Shown here piece after piece: positions 8,339 to 17,137 of a stretch of 64,000 nt of DNA (positions are counted from its first letter, which is position 1; each line of letters begins with the position of its first letter). Location of the stretch: assembly GCA_964551605.1 (NCBI GenBank), contig CAZKCV010000004.1:7331-71330 (forward strand), given 5' to 3'. Origin of the DNA: an uncultured Gammaproteobacteria bacterium (GTDB lineage Bacteria; Patescibacteriota; Microgenomatia; Daviesbacterales; UBA10151). The notes below the pieces were generated by a model. The model was not told the origin of the DNA. It worked only from the letters and a program-made list of their open reading frames with translations, and ran no database searches. Both the position numbers and the translations under genes were made by a program.

Positions 8339-10246
8339 CTACATTCTATTAGGTGCCTCAATACATAGTAGGTTTAGACCTTTTTTGATAACTTGAGCAG
8401 CAGCCCTGGTTAGTCGGAGGCGAGTATTTCTTATATTTAAATCCGGTTCATTGAATACGCTGACTTGTTTATAAAAATCGCTGAATAAACCAGCGGTATG
8501 GTAAATATGATCCGCGATCACCTCCGGACTGTTTTTTGCTCCGGCTAACGCAACTATTTCGGGAAACTTACTTATTTGTTTAATCAATAGAAATTCTGAT
8601 TGGTCAGTTGTTTTAACGGGTATATCTGGCGCTAGTTTTATTGCTTCTTCTTCAGCGCGTCTTAGTAGTGCTGCCATTCTGGCGTGGGCATATTGGATAT
8701 AAGGAGCACTGTATCCGGTAAAAGATAAAGCTTTATCCCAGTCAAAACTGATTGATCTCTCTCTGTTTTGTCCAAGATCAAAAAAAGCCACCGCCCCAAC
8801 TCCTACTTGTTTTGCTATGATTTCTTTTTCCTCGGGAGGGAGGTTTTTATTAATCTCATTGATTTTTTGTCTGGCCCTATCAATAGCTTCATTTAGTACA
8901 TCCTCCAAAAATATCACTCTGCCGGCCCTGGTGGACATTTTGCCTTCCGGCAGCTTAATCATCCCAAAATGAAGATGTTCAAGATGCGGTCTTTTGCCGT
9001 CGGTCATTTTATCGAAAGTGGCAAAAACTTGCTGAAAGTAATCTTGTTGATCTTCGCCAACTACATAAAGGATGCGGTCCGGTTGAAACCAGGCGCACCG
9101 GGCAACCAGTGTAGCTAAATCACGGGTAGAATAGAGGCTTGTTCCGTCAGCCTTTTGAATGACTAAATTCTTAAGGTTCCTTTCCGATAAATCGACTATG
9201 GCAGCTCCTGTTTCATCGATAGTAGCAATACCCCGGTCTTTCGTATATTGCAAGACAGGAGGCAACATGCTGAAATAAAATGATTCGCCCAGCATGTATT
9301 CATACTTCGTTCCGAGCAAATCATAAACTTTCTGGAATTCGGTTAAACTTTGTTCAGTAGCCCACTTTAGTAGTTTTAATGCCTCTGTGTCACCTGCTTC
9401 TAGTCTTTGGAACCATTTTCTTCCTTCTCTCTCCAGAGGGGTTTCTACCTCGGCGTTAGGATCGCGCAATCTTGCTCTTTCTGCCGCTCTCTCTTTTTCA
9501 ACCTCATCATGTATACGGACGTACAGTTTGTATAAGCCTCTTACAGGGTCGGTATTATCGCGCAGTTCTTCGTAATCCTGACTCCAGAGTTCGTAAGCCC
9601 TTGTCAGCATGCCGAATTGGGTACCCCAATCTCCCAAGTGGTTATCACGGATAACGGTATAACCATTAGCACGATGTATCCGCGCAAGCGATTCCCCAAT
9701 GATAGTTGATCTGAGATGGCCAACACTCATATATTTGGCTACATTTGGAGAAGAGCAGTCAATAATAATTGTTTTACCGCCACCTGTTTTTTGCTCTCCA
9801 TACCGATCTTGATAGGTTTCAATTTCCGTAAGGACTTGGGAAGTAAACACCCCTGGATCAAGTTGAAAATTAAGGTATCCGCCTTCAGCATTGGCTTGTT
9901 TGATTGCTTGAGGGTGGGGTTCTTGATTAAAACCTGTAGCCAACTCTTGAGCAATTTGTGCTGGACTTTTTCTTAGAGTTTTTGCCATTCCGTGACAGAC
10001 TATAGTCAAGTCAGCTTGGATCCTGGAAGGTGGTTCGATTACTTGTATGCTTGTTTCTGTTAAAGCATGATTAAGACCTGTTAAATGAGTTTCTAATTCT
10101 TTCTGTAATTTTGCCCAGACATATTCGTTGTTTTCAGGTATTGTTGTCAGATTTGGTTCGACAACAGGAATCATGCTTTTTGGAAGGGGGGGGACAGGAA
10201 TTCCCAGATAGTGTAAATCAGATTCAGGATTTCCCTGTGTTTTCAT
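8339..10246 (-). CDS. argS: Arginine--tRNA ligase
   Basis: Class I HIGH-like SPNVAKYMSVGHLRS, a DALR anticodon-binding C-terminus and an Arg_tRNA_synt N-domain. The ORF track extends to 10279; the internal ATG at 10246-10244 gives a 4-nt overlap with the upstream gene, so the exact start is uncertain. Confidence 0.85.
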   Translation of the reverse strand: MKTQGNPESDLHYLGIPVPPLPKSMIPVVEPNLTTIPENNEYVWAKLQKELETHLTGLNHALTETSIQVIEPPSRIQADLTIVCHGMAKTLRKSPAQIAQELATGFNQEPHPQAIKQANAEGGYLNFQLDPGVFTSQVLTEIETYQDRYGEQKTGGGKTIIIDCSSPNVAKYMSVGHLRSTIIGESLARIHRANGYTVIRDNHLGDWGTQFGMLTRAYELWSQDYEELRDNTDPVRGLYKLYVRIHDEVEKERAAERARLRDPNAEVETPLEREGRKWFQRLEAGDTEALKLLKWATEQSLTEFQKVYDLLGTKYEYMLGESFYFSMLPPVLQYTKDRGIATIDETGAAIVDLSERNLKNLVIQKADGTSLYSTRDLATLVARCAWFQPDRILYVVGEDQQDYFQQVFATFDKMTDGKRPHLEHLHFGMIKLPEGKMSTRAGRVIFLEDVLNEAIDRARQKINEINKNLPPEEKEIIAKQVGVGAVAFFDLGQNRERSISFDWDKALSFTGYSAPYIQYAHARMAALLRRAEEEAIKLAPDIPVKTTDQSEFLLIKQISKFPEIVALAGAKNSPEVIADHIYHTAGLFSDFYKQVSVFNEPDLNIRNTRLRLTRAAAQVIKKGLNLLCIEAPNRM

Positions 10247-11472
10247 ATTTTTGATCTTCGCAATTGACCTGTCATGCAATGGGCTGCACCGTAGCCCTTG
10301 GTACTTTCGAATAGATCCGTATGAACTACTTTTTTACCTAACTTTTCCAACTGTTTAATCGTTTCGGTATTTCTAGATAGTGGCACGAATACAGAGCAGT
10401 CGCCGTTTGGCTCTTCTCCTTTGAGCAGAAAATTGCAGCCAAACCCTTTTTGCTCTTCTTGCGGGACGACTACGATATTGTCTTCTGTTTTCTCCAGATA
10501 AGCAATAAAAGTATCTGGGGTATCTTGTATAACCGTATCGCCGTTTACTGTGTTTAAAAATCTGACTCTTCTTTTTCTTGCCTCTTCTATGCAAACAGCA
10601 ATTTCGCTTTTGCCTATTGGATTCGAGAAGGTGTCGAGATGCATAGAGTCTTGTTGCTCGCTGAAGGATTTTTGAAAAGGATCCTCATCTTCGACGATGG
10701 CAAATTTTAGGCAGTATTGTTCTAGTTGTGGTTTGAGAGCTTGGTATACACTGATTACTGCACCCAAAGTAGTACGTGTTCCTACGCCGACAAATACAGT
10801 GCCGTTATGTATATAAGCGTCTCCGCCTTCAAAAGTTTCATTTGAAGGGATGATGATCGTATGGTGGGGCGCCAGATGTTGCTGATAGATGAGCTCATAA
10901 AGTCCGACTTCATGTTTTCTAATATCTTTAGCCATTCGTGAAACAACTCTTGCATCTAGCAAGACATTCATGTGATCTCTGCCGTAGAGACTATTGCCCA
11001 GAGGAAGTTGTGGGTCAACACTCAGTGCTTGATTTAATCTCAAAGCTTTTTCTTCTCCATATCGGACAACATCTTGTTCTACCAGTGTTGTTATTAAGTC
11101 ACTAGAATTTTGTACATGAGTATTATATTGACCTTGGATAGTTTTAGCTTTCCTATGCATAGCAGAAATTACATCGTCTTTTTTCAAATGTTTTTGGGGA
11201 CCTAGAGCATCCGCTAGAAGATCTCTTACCATAAGAACTCGGATGCCATGATCTTGTAAAGTCGCAGCATAGTTTAATCCTTCTTGTCGGGCTGTAACTG
11301 CGTCAAATGATTGGTGAAATAATGAGATTTGTATCGGATAGCATTGAGTTAAGATTGCTTCCGCTCCTATTGCACCCCAAGTGGCAACCGTTCTTAACGG
11401 TTCAGCTTCATCAAGAATCCCTATCTGCACAGATTTAAAAGGGAGGAGGGATTCAGGTGAATGTGAGGTCAT
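10243..11472 (-). CDS. arcA: Arginine deiminase-like enzyme (amidinotransferase superfamily)
   Basis: 409 aa; FEGGD, MHLDTF and a C-terminal GYGAAHCMTGQL catalytic-Cys motif, as in ADI. Confidence 0.6.
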   Translation of the reverse strand: MTSHSPESLLPFKSVQIGILDEAEPLRTVATWGAIGAEAILTQCYPIQISLFHQSFDAVTARQEGLNYAATLQDHGIRVLMVRDLLADALGPQKHLKKDDVISAMHRKAKTIQGQYNTHVQNSSDLITTLVEQDVVRYGEEKALRLNQALSVDPQLPLGNSLYGRDHMNVLLDARVVSRMAKDIRKHEVGLYELIYQQHLAPHHTIIIPSNETFEGGDAYIHNGTVFVGVGTRTTLGAVISVYQALKPQLEQYCLKFAIVEDEDPFQKSFSEQQDSMHLDTFSNPIGKSEIAVCIEEARKRRVRFLNTVNGDTVIQDTPDTFIAYLEKTEDNIVVVPQEEQKGFGCNFLLKGEEPNGDCSVFVPLSRNTETIKQLEKLGKKVVHTDLFESTKGYGAAHCMTGQLRRSKI

Positions 11473-11523
11473 CTTTTAGGATCAGTTATACTATCATTAA
11501 ATCAAGTTGTCAAATTTTAGGGG

Positions 11524-11552
11524 TTGACAGAAAATGGCTTCAGGATTAAACT
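11524..11552 (+). promoter_or_regulatory. Sigma70-type promoter: TTGACA (11524-11529), 17-nt spacer, TAAACT (11547-11552)
   Basis: Canonical -35 hexamer and spacing, upstream of the pyrB leader. Confidence 0.45.
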
Positions 11553-11563
11553 ATCTCAAGGTT

Positions 11564-11608
11564 ATGCTTAAGAAATGTTCTTATGAATTAGTTCTAGAAG
11601 TGTTCTGA
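11564..11608 (+). CDS. Putative 14-aa leader peptide (MLKKCSYELVLEVF) of a pyrB attenuator
   Basis: Short ORF starting ~5 nt after the predicted TSS. Its TGA (11606-11608) overlaps the base of the terminator hairpin. Confidence 0.3.
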   Translation: MLKKCSYELVLEVF

Positions 11609-11640
11609 TCCGCCAATGGGCGGATTTTTTTTAAAAAAAA
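11608..11640 (+). terminator. Intrinsic terminator/attenuator immediately upstream of pyrB
   Basis: Stem atccgcc/ggcggat with loop aatg, then T8 followed by A8 (11625-11640). The pyrB ATG is at 11642. Confidence 0.5.
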
Positions 11641-11641
11641 T

Positions 11642-12574
11642 ATGAACTTTAAAGGCAGGGACTTAATAGATATAAAAGATCTTTCCAAAGAGGAATTGTT
11701 ATATATCCTAAAAACTGCCAAAAGGTTTGATCCGGCTTTTGTCAAAAGAGATAGGTCAAATTACACTATTGCTCAAGGTAAGATTGCCGCTTTGCTTTTC
11801 TTTGAGCCATCTACCAGAACCCAGCAATCTTTTTCTTCAGCAGCTCAAAAGATAGGCATGGGTTTGATTGGATTTAATGATCCTGAGCTAACATCTATCC
11901 ATAAAGGCGAATCTTTTGCAGACACAATTAGAATAATGATGGCTTATGCAGATGTGATGATTATTAGACACCCGGAGCCTGGATCTGCCAGAAAAGCTGC
12001 AGATGTAGCTGATATACCGGTAATTAATGCCGGAGATGGTCCGAATAGCCACCCCACGCAAACACTTTTAGATATTTATACTATCTTAAAAGTTTTTAAG
12101 AGACTGGATAATTTAAAAATAGCTTTTGTGGGTGACCCTTTACACTACAGAACATTTCATGGACAGTTTGCAGCTTTATCAAAGTTTTCCGGTAATAAAT
12201 TTTATGGTGTTTCACCAAAAGGTTTGGAGATGCCTAAAGAATTTAGGAATAAAGATTATCATGATGTGGTGATCGATATGAAAAACCTAGATAAAACACT
12301 AGAGCAGCTTAAACCGGATATAGTTTCTGTTGGCAGAATTCCAAAAGAATATATTAAAGGAGATGCCACAAAATACAGTTTTCAAGTAACGATTAATACA
12401 GTTGAAAAATTACCTTCTCATTCAATTGTGATGCACCCGCTACCAAGGGTAAACGAGCTTGATCCGAAGATAGACAACAATCCAAAAGCTGTTTATTTTC
12501 AGCAAGCCAGAAACGGTTTATATATCAGGGAAGCATTGTTAGCTTTAGTATTAGGAAGAATTAATTCAAGGTAA
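11642..12574 (+). CDS. pyrB: Aspartate carbamoyltransferase catalytic chain
   Basis: STRTQ, HPTQ and HPLPR motifs (ATCase rather than OTC); 310 aa. Confidence 0.85.
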   Translation: MNFKGRDLIDIKDLSKEELLYILKTAKRFDPAFVKRDRSNYTIAQGKIAALLFFEPSTRTQQSFSSAAQKIGMGLIGFNDPELTSIHKGESFADTIRIMMAYADVMIIRHPEPGSARKAADVADIPVINAGDGPNSHPTQTLLDIYTILKVFKRLDNLKIAFVGDPLHYRTFHGQFAALSKFSGNKFYGVSPKGLEMPKEFRNKDYHDVVIDMKNLDKTLEQLKPDIVSVGRIPKEYIKGDATKYSFQVTINTVEKLPSHSIVMHPLPRVNELDPKIDNNPKAVYFQQARNGLYIREALLALVLGRINSR

Positions 12575-12588
12575 CAGGAAGGGAAATT

Positions 12589-12681
12589 ATGCAGGGTAAA
12601 TTAACTCTGTCCGATGGGACAGTTTTTTTAGGCGGACTGAAGCAAAAAACAATTAAAATAATGAAAAATTGTTTTTTGTAA
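12589..12681 (+). CDS. 30-aa upstream ORF mimicking the CarA N-terminus (MQGKLTLSDGTVFLGG..)
   Basis: Strong SD aggaaggga 5 nt upstream of the ATG. The peptide parallels the CarA start MIGKLILSDGTEFIGEG. Confidence 0.3.
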   Translation: MQGKLTLSDGTVFLGGLKQKTIKIMKNCFL

Positions 12682-12694
12682 AGGAGCCCGCTTG

Positions 12695-12721
12695 CAAAAA
12701 TTGTCTAAATGACAATTTTTG
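12695..12721. promoter_or_regulatory. Perfect 11-bp inverted repeat caaaaattgtc-taaat-gacaatttttg 13 nt upstream of the carA start
   Basis: Perfect palindrome between the uORF and carA; a candidate operator or pause hairpin. Confidence 0.35.
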
Positions 12722-12733
12722 ACAAGGGAAACT

Positions 12734-13822
12734 ATGATTGGCAAATTAATTTTATCAGATGGAACTGAATTTATAGGAGAGGGATTTGGTTTTCCCATTT
12801 CCACCTCAGGGGAGGTGGTTTTTAATACCGGCATGGTGGGTTACCCGGAATCTTTAACAGATCCGTCATATTTTGGCCAAATTTTGGTGTTAACTTATCC
12901 GCTGCAGGGAAACTACGGTGTGCCGGGGAAAGATTTTTGGGAATCCAAAAAAATACAGGTTAAGGGCCTGATTGTCCAAAACTATATAGATCATCCGTCT
13001 CACTTTGAAAGTCAGAAGACCTTAGGGAAGTGGCTGAAAGCGGAAGGAATTCCGGCACTACAGGGGATTGATACCAGGTCTTTAACTACTAAACTGAGAG
13101 AGCATGGGGTGATGCTTGGTCGGATTGAAACAGGTTACAGGCAACAGGTTACAGGCAACAGTATCTATGATCCTAACGGTGAGAATATTCTTCCTTATGT
13201 TAGCTGTAAAAAGGTGGAAGTTTATGGGGAAGGCAAGAAAAATATAGTTTTAATTGATTGCGGGGCTAAGGAAAATATCATCAGGAGTTTAGTTAAGAGG
13301 GGAGTTAAAGTAACCAGAGTGCCATGGGATTTTAATCCTTTGAAATTTATGGATTCCCGCCTGCGCGGGAATGACAAGGTAGAGAAGCTGGATTTTGACG
13401 GGGTATTAGTTTCCAATGGCCCGGGAGATCCTAAACAAGCTAAAGAAACTATAGAAACTGTCAGACAACTGCTGGCAGAGAGTATTCCCACCTTTGGTAT
13501 CTGTTTAGGCAGTCAGATTCTATCTTTAGCAGCCGGAGGCGAAACCTACAAATTAAAATTTGGCCACCGGGGTCAAAATCAACCGGTGCAGGATGTAATT
13601 ACCAAAAAAGCGGTAATTACTTCTCAAAACCACGGGTTTGCTGTAGATACTAAATCTTTAAGTAAAGACTGGACAGAGTGGTTTGTAAACTTAAATGACG
13701 GTACCAATGAGGGGATCAGACATAAAAAGAAGCCGTTTATGGCAGCACAGTTTCACCCGGAGGCCAACCCGGGTCCGACAGAGGGCGGCTATTTGTTTGA
13801 TGAATTTTTGGAATATGTCTAA
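12734..13822 (+). CDS. carA: Carbamoyl-phosphate synthase small (glutaminase) subunit
   Basis: N-terminus MIGKLILSDGT.., GATase catalytic triad region (ICLGSQ, HGF..); start moved to the ATG at 12734. Confidence 0.85.
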   Translation: MIGKLILSDGTEFIGEGFGFPISTSGEVVFNTGMVGYPESLTDPSYFGQILVLTYPLQGNYGVPGKDFWESKKIQVKGLIVQNYIDHPSHFESQKTLGKWLKAEGIPALQGIDTRSLTTKLREHGVMLGRIETGYRQQVTGNSIYDPNGENILPYVSCKKVEVYGEGKKNIVLIDCGAKENIIRSLVKRGVKVTRVPWDFNPLKFMDSRLRGNDKVEKLDFDGVLVSNGPGDPKQAKETIETVRQLLAESIPTFGICLGSQILSLAAGGETYKLKFGHRGQNQPVQDVITKKAVITSQNHGFAVDTKSLSKDWTEWFVNLNDGTNEGIRHKKKPFMAAQFHPEANPGPTEGGYLFDEFLEYV

Positions 13823-16800
13823 TAGGTCAAATCAGTCGGATAAGTCTAATATGCTTAGGAAAGTACTTGTTCTAGGTTCAGGAGCATTAAAGATCGGTGA
13901 GGCCGGTGAATTTGATTATTCCGGCTCACAAGCTTTAAAAGCCTTGAAAGAAGAAGGGATAAAGGCCGTTTTAATTAATCCTAATATTGCTACCATCCAA
14001 ACCTCAAAGGAATTAGCCGGTAAAATATATTTTTTGCCGGTGACCCCGTATTTTGTCCAAAAAGTCATTGAAAAAGAAAAGCCGGATGCGATCTTTTTAA
14101 GTTTTGGCGGGCAAACTGCCTTAAATTGCGGTTTAGCTCTTGATCACCAAGGTGTGTTTAAAAAAAATCAGGTAAAAGTTTTAGGGTCTCCTGTTAAAAG
14201 TATCCAGATTACGGAAGACCGGGAACTTTTTGCCAGGGAGCTGGAGAAGATTAATGTGAAAGTCCCCAAAGGTGGCTTTGCCCGCTCAATGGATGAGACT
14301 TTAAAGATTGCCAGTAAGTTGGGTTATCCGCTCCTGATCCGGAGTGGATTTTCTTTAGGTGGACTTGGTTCCGGAGTGATTCACAGTAAAGAGGAGTTGA
14401 TTAAAATGGTTGCCATTGCCTTAAAACAAACGCCGCAAATTGCCATTGAAGAATACTTAAAACACTGGAAAGAGGTGGAGTATGAAGTAGTCCGGGATAA
14501 TTTAGGCAACAAAATTACTGTTTGTAATATGGAAAATATGGATCCCTTAGGTATCCATACCGGAGAGAGCATTGTGGTTGCTCCTTCCCAAACCCTAAAC
14601 AATTACCAGTATCATTTCCTGCGTAGGATATCGCTACAGGTGATTGAACATTTGGGGATTGTCGGGGAATGTAATATCCAATTTGCCTTAAATCCTAAAA
14701 ACAATGATTACCGGGTAATTGAAGTAAATGCCCGGTTGTCCCGATCTTCAGCCTTGGCATCCAAAGCGACCGGTTATCCGTTGGCTTATATTGCGGCCAA
14801 AATTGGGTTAGGCTATAACCTGCCGGAACTTAAAAACAGTGTTACTTTATCTACTTCTGCCTTTTTTGAACCGGCCTTAGATTATATTGTTATTAAGATT
14901 CCCCGTTGGGATCTGCAGAAGTTTGTCGGGGCTAAAGAGGCGATTGGTTCAGAAATGAAAAGTGTCGGAGAAGTAATGGCAGTGGGGCGAAGTTTTCCGG
15001 AAGTGCTCCAGAAAGCGATCAGGATGTTAGAGACCGGTCAGGATGGGCTGCTTTCAAACGGCGCCGATGATACCCAGCTTTTACCGACTACAGAGCGGCT
15101 GTTTGCAGTAGCCAAAAGATTAGGTAAGGGTGAATCGGTGGAAGCAATTTATAAGGCTACTGGTATTGATCCCTGGTTTTTATACCAGATTCAGGAAATG
15201 GTGAAATTTGAAGGTAGTCTTCAGTCGTCAGCTTTCAGTCGACAGACAGTTTTTAGGGCGAAACAACTGGGTTTTTCAGATAAAATAATTGCCAAAGCCT
15301 TTAAGAAAACCGAACAGGAAGTGCGCGATTATCGCAAAAAGAATGACATAGTGCCTAAGGTAAAACATATTGATACTCTGGCAGCAGAGTACCCGGCCAA
15401 AACCAATTATCTTTATTTAACTTACCATGGGGAAGAGTCGGAAAGTCCAAAAGCCAAACAATTAAATAAAGAAAAGGCCATTGTTTTAGGTTCAGGGCCT
15501 TACCGGATTGGGTCATCAGTGGAATTTGATTGGTGTTCTGTTACAGCCGCCAAAACTTTAAGAGATAAAGGCTTGGAAACAATTATTATCAATTGTAATC
15601 CGGAAACAGTCTCTACTGATTTTGACTCGGCAGATAAATTATACTTTGAGCAATTAACCTTTGAGAGAGTCAGTGATATCTATGATATAGAATCAGAAAA
15701 TAAAGGGAATGTTTCGCTGGTATTAGGTTTTGGAGGGCAAGTTCCCAATAATTTGGCCATGAGCTGTTTCCGGGCCGGCTATAAAATCTTAGGCACTTCT
15801 CCGGAGAACATTGATCGGGCAGAGGATAGGAATAAATTCTCCAAGCTGTTGGATAAACTGGGGATTGAGCAGCCGGCTTGGCAAAGCTTGAAAACACCTA
15901 ATGAGGCAATAAGGTTTGCTGATAAAATCGGCTATCCGGTTTTAATCAGGCCTTCTTATGTATTATCAGGGTCAGCCATGAATGTGGCTTATTCAGCTGC
16001 TGATCTGAAGAAAGATTTAAAAAGTGCAACTGATGTATCAGCAGAACACCCGGTGGTAATTTCCAAATTTGTAGAAGGTGCCAAGGAGATCGAGGTAGAC
16101 GGGGTGGGACAGAAGGGGAAGCTATTGATTTATGCTATCTCAGAGCATGTAGAGAATGCCGGGGTCCATTCCGGAGATGCCACCATAGTTTTGCCGCCGC
16201 AGCGGTTATATCTGGAAACGGTCAGGAAAATTAAAGATGCCACCAGAAAGATTTTGGAATCCTTAAATATCAACGGGCCATTTAATATCCAGTTTTTGGC
16301 TAAAGATAATAAAATCCTGGTGATTGAGTTAAACCTGCGGGCTTCCCGGTCTTTTCCGTTTGTCTCTAAAGTAACCGGTTTTAACTTTGTAGAAATAGCT
16401 ACCCGGGCCATGTTTGGCGGAGAGCCATCCAGGCATTACAATACAGTTGGTCTAGATCATGTGGCTGTTAAAGCCCCTCAGTTTTCCTTTAGTAGGATCA
16501 AGGGTGCTGATCCAAGGCTTCGGGTGGAGATGTCTTCTACCGGAGAAGTAGCTTGTTTTGGAGATGACCTTCGGGAAGCCTACCTTAAAGCAATATTAGC
16601 TACCGGGTTTAAGATGCCTAAGAAGAGTGTATTCTTAACAATCGGCGGGGAAGAAAATAAATTAAACCTGCTTAATTCAGCAAAGGATTTGTCTTTATTA
16701 GGTTTTAAAATATATGCTACAGCCCAAACCCATGAATTTTTAAGCCAGAACGGAATTAAAAATACCAGAGCCTACAAAATTTCAGAAGAGGCTCATCCTT

Positions 16801-17030
16801 CGGTCTTGGATTTATTAATACAGGGAGCCATTGATTTGGTGATTAATATTTCGGAGCCGGGTTCTCAAAAAGGTGAGACAGACGGTTTTATTATCAGGAG
16901 AACCTGTGTAGATTTAGGTATTCCCTTAATTACCAATTTGCAGGCAGCAGAATTGTTGGTCTCTGCCCTGAAACTTAAAAAACTAGAGGACCTGGAAATT
17001 AAAAGCTGGGATGAATACGTAAGCAGTTGA
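13815..17030 (+). CDS. carB: Carbamoyl-phosphate synthase large subunit
   Basis: Two ATP-grasp halves (KVLVLGSGALKIGEAGEFDYSG and a second repeat) and an MGS-like C-terminus. Start is the ATG at 13815 (overlaps the carA stop) or 13851; the track start at 13695 was rejected. Confidence 0.85.
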   Translation: MSNRSNQSDKSNMLRKVLVLGSGALKIGEAGEFDYSGSQALKALKEEGIKAVLINPNIATIQTSKELAGKIYFLPVTPYFVQKVIEKEKPDAIFLSFGGQTALNCGLALDHQGVFKKNQVKVLGSPVKSIQITEDRELFARELEKINVKVPKGGFARSMDETLKIASKLGYPLLIRSGFSLGGLGSGVIHSKEELIKMVAIALKQTPQIAIEEYLKHWKEVEYEVVRDNLGNKITVCNMENMDPLGIHTGESIVVAPSQTLNNYQYHFLRRISLQVIEHLGIVGECNIQFALNPKNNDYRVIEVNARLSRSSALASKATGYPLAYIAAKIGLGYNLPELKNSVTLSTSAFFEPALDYIVIKIPRWDLQKFVGAKEAIGSEMKSVGEVMAVGRSFPEVLQKAIRMLETGQDGLLSNGADDTQLLPTTERLFAVAKRLGKGESVEAIYKATGIDPWFLYQIQEMVKFEGSLQSSAFSRQTVFRAKQLGFSDKIIAKAFKKTEQEVRDYRKKNDIVPKVKHIDTLAAEYPAKTNYLYLTYHGEESESPKAKQLNKEKAIVLGSGPYRIGSSVEFDWCSVTAAKTLRDKGLETIIINCNPETVSTDFDSADKLYFEQLTFERVSDIYDIESENKGNVSLVLGFGGQVPNNLAMSCFRAGYKILGTSPENIDRAEDRNKFSKLLDKLGIEQPAWQSLKTPNEAIRFADKIGYPVLIRPSYVLSGSAMNVAYSAADLKKDLKSATDVSAEHPVVISKFVEGAKEIEVDGVGQKGKLLIYAISEHVENAGVHSGDATIVLPPQRLYLETVRKIKDATRKILESLNINGPFNIQFLAKDNKILVIELNLRASRSFPFVSKVTGFNFVEIATRAMFGGEPSRHYNTVGLDHVAVKAPQFSFSRIKGADPRLRVEMSSTGEVACFGDDLREAYLKAILATGFKMPKKSVFLTIGGEENKLNLLNSAKDLSLLGFKIYATAQTHEFLSQNGIKNTRAYKISEEAHPSVLDLLIQGAIDLVINISEPGSQKGETDGFIIRRTCVDLGIPLITNLQAAELLVSALKLKKLEDLEIKSWDEYVSS

Positions 17031-17062
17031 CGTAGAATTTTTGCGGGAAATGTGCAAGAATA

Positions 17063-17130
17063 GGGGAAAGGGTGAAGGGTCAAGGGTGAAGTATTTATTT
17101 ACTTTTCCCTTTACGCTTTCCCCTTAACCC
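17063..17130. repeat. G-rich heptad repeat pair (family A): GGGGAAAGGGTGAAGGGTCAAGGGTGAAG, then a C-rich complement of the same heptad family (not an exact reverse complement)
   Basis: Four G3 tracts with 3-4-nt loops (a G-quadruplex-type motif) followed 12 nt later by the C-rich complement; lies between carB and the Fic gene. Confidence 0.5.
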
Positions 17131-17137
17131 TAACTTT

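Noticed and set aside
13131-13161. 14-nt tandem duplication caggttacaggcaa x2 in carA considered as a frameshift or pseudogene signal
   Set aside because: The reading frame stays open and flanking homology is continuous (linker ETGYRQQVTGNS); the repeat is a native in-frame microduplication.
13695-13814. ORF-track 5' extension of carB overlapping the end of carA, and the TTG start of carA at 12719
   Set aside because: Conserved N-termini begin at ATG 12734 (carA, MIGKL..) and ATG 13815/13851 (carB). The extensions have no homology and overlap upstream genes or regulatory palindromes.
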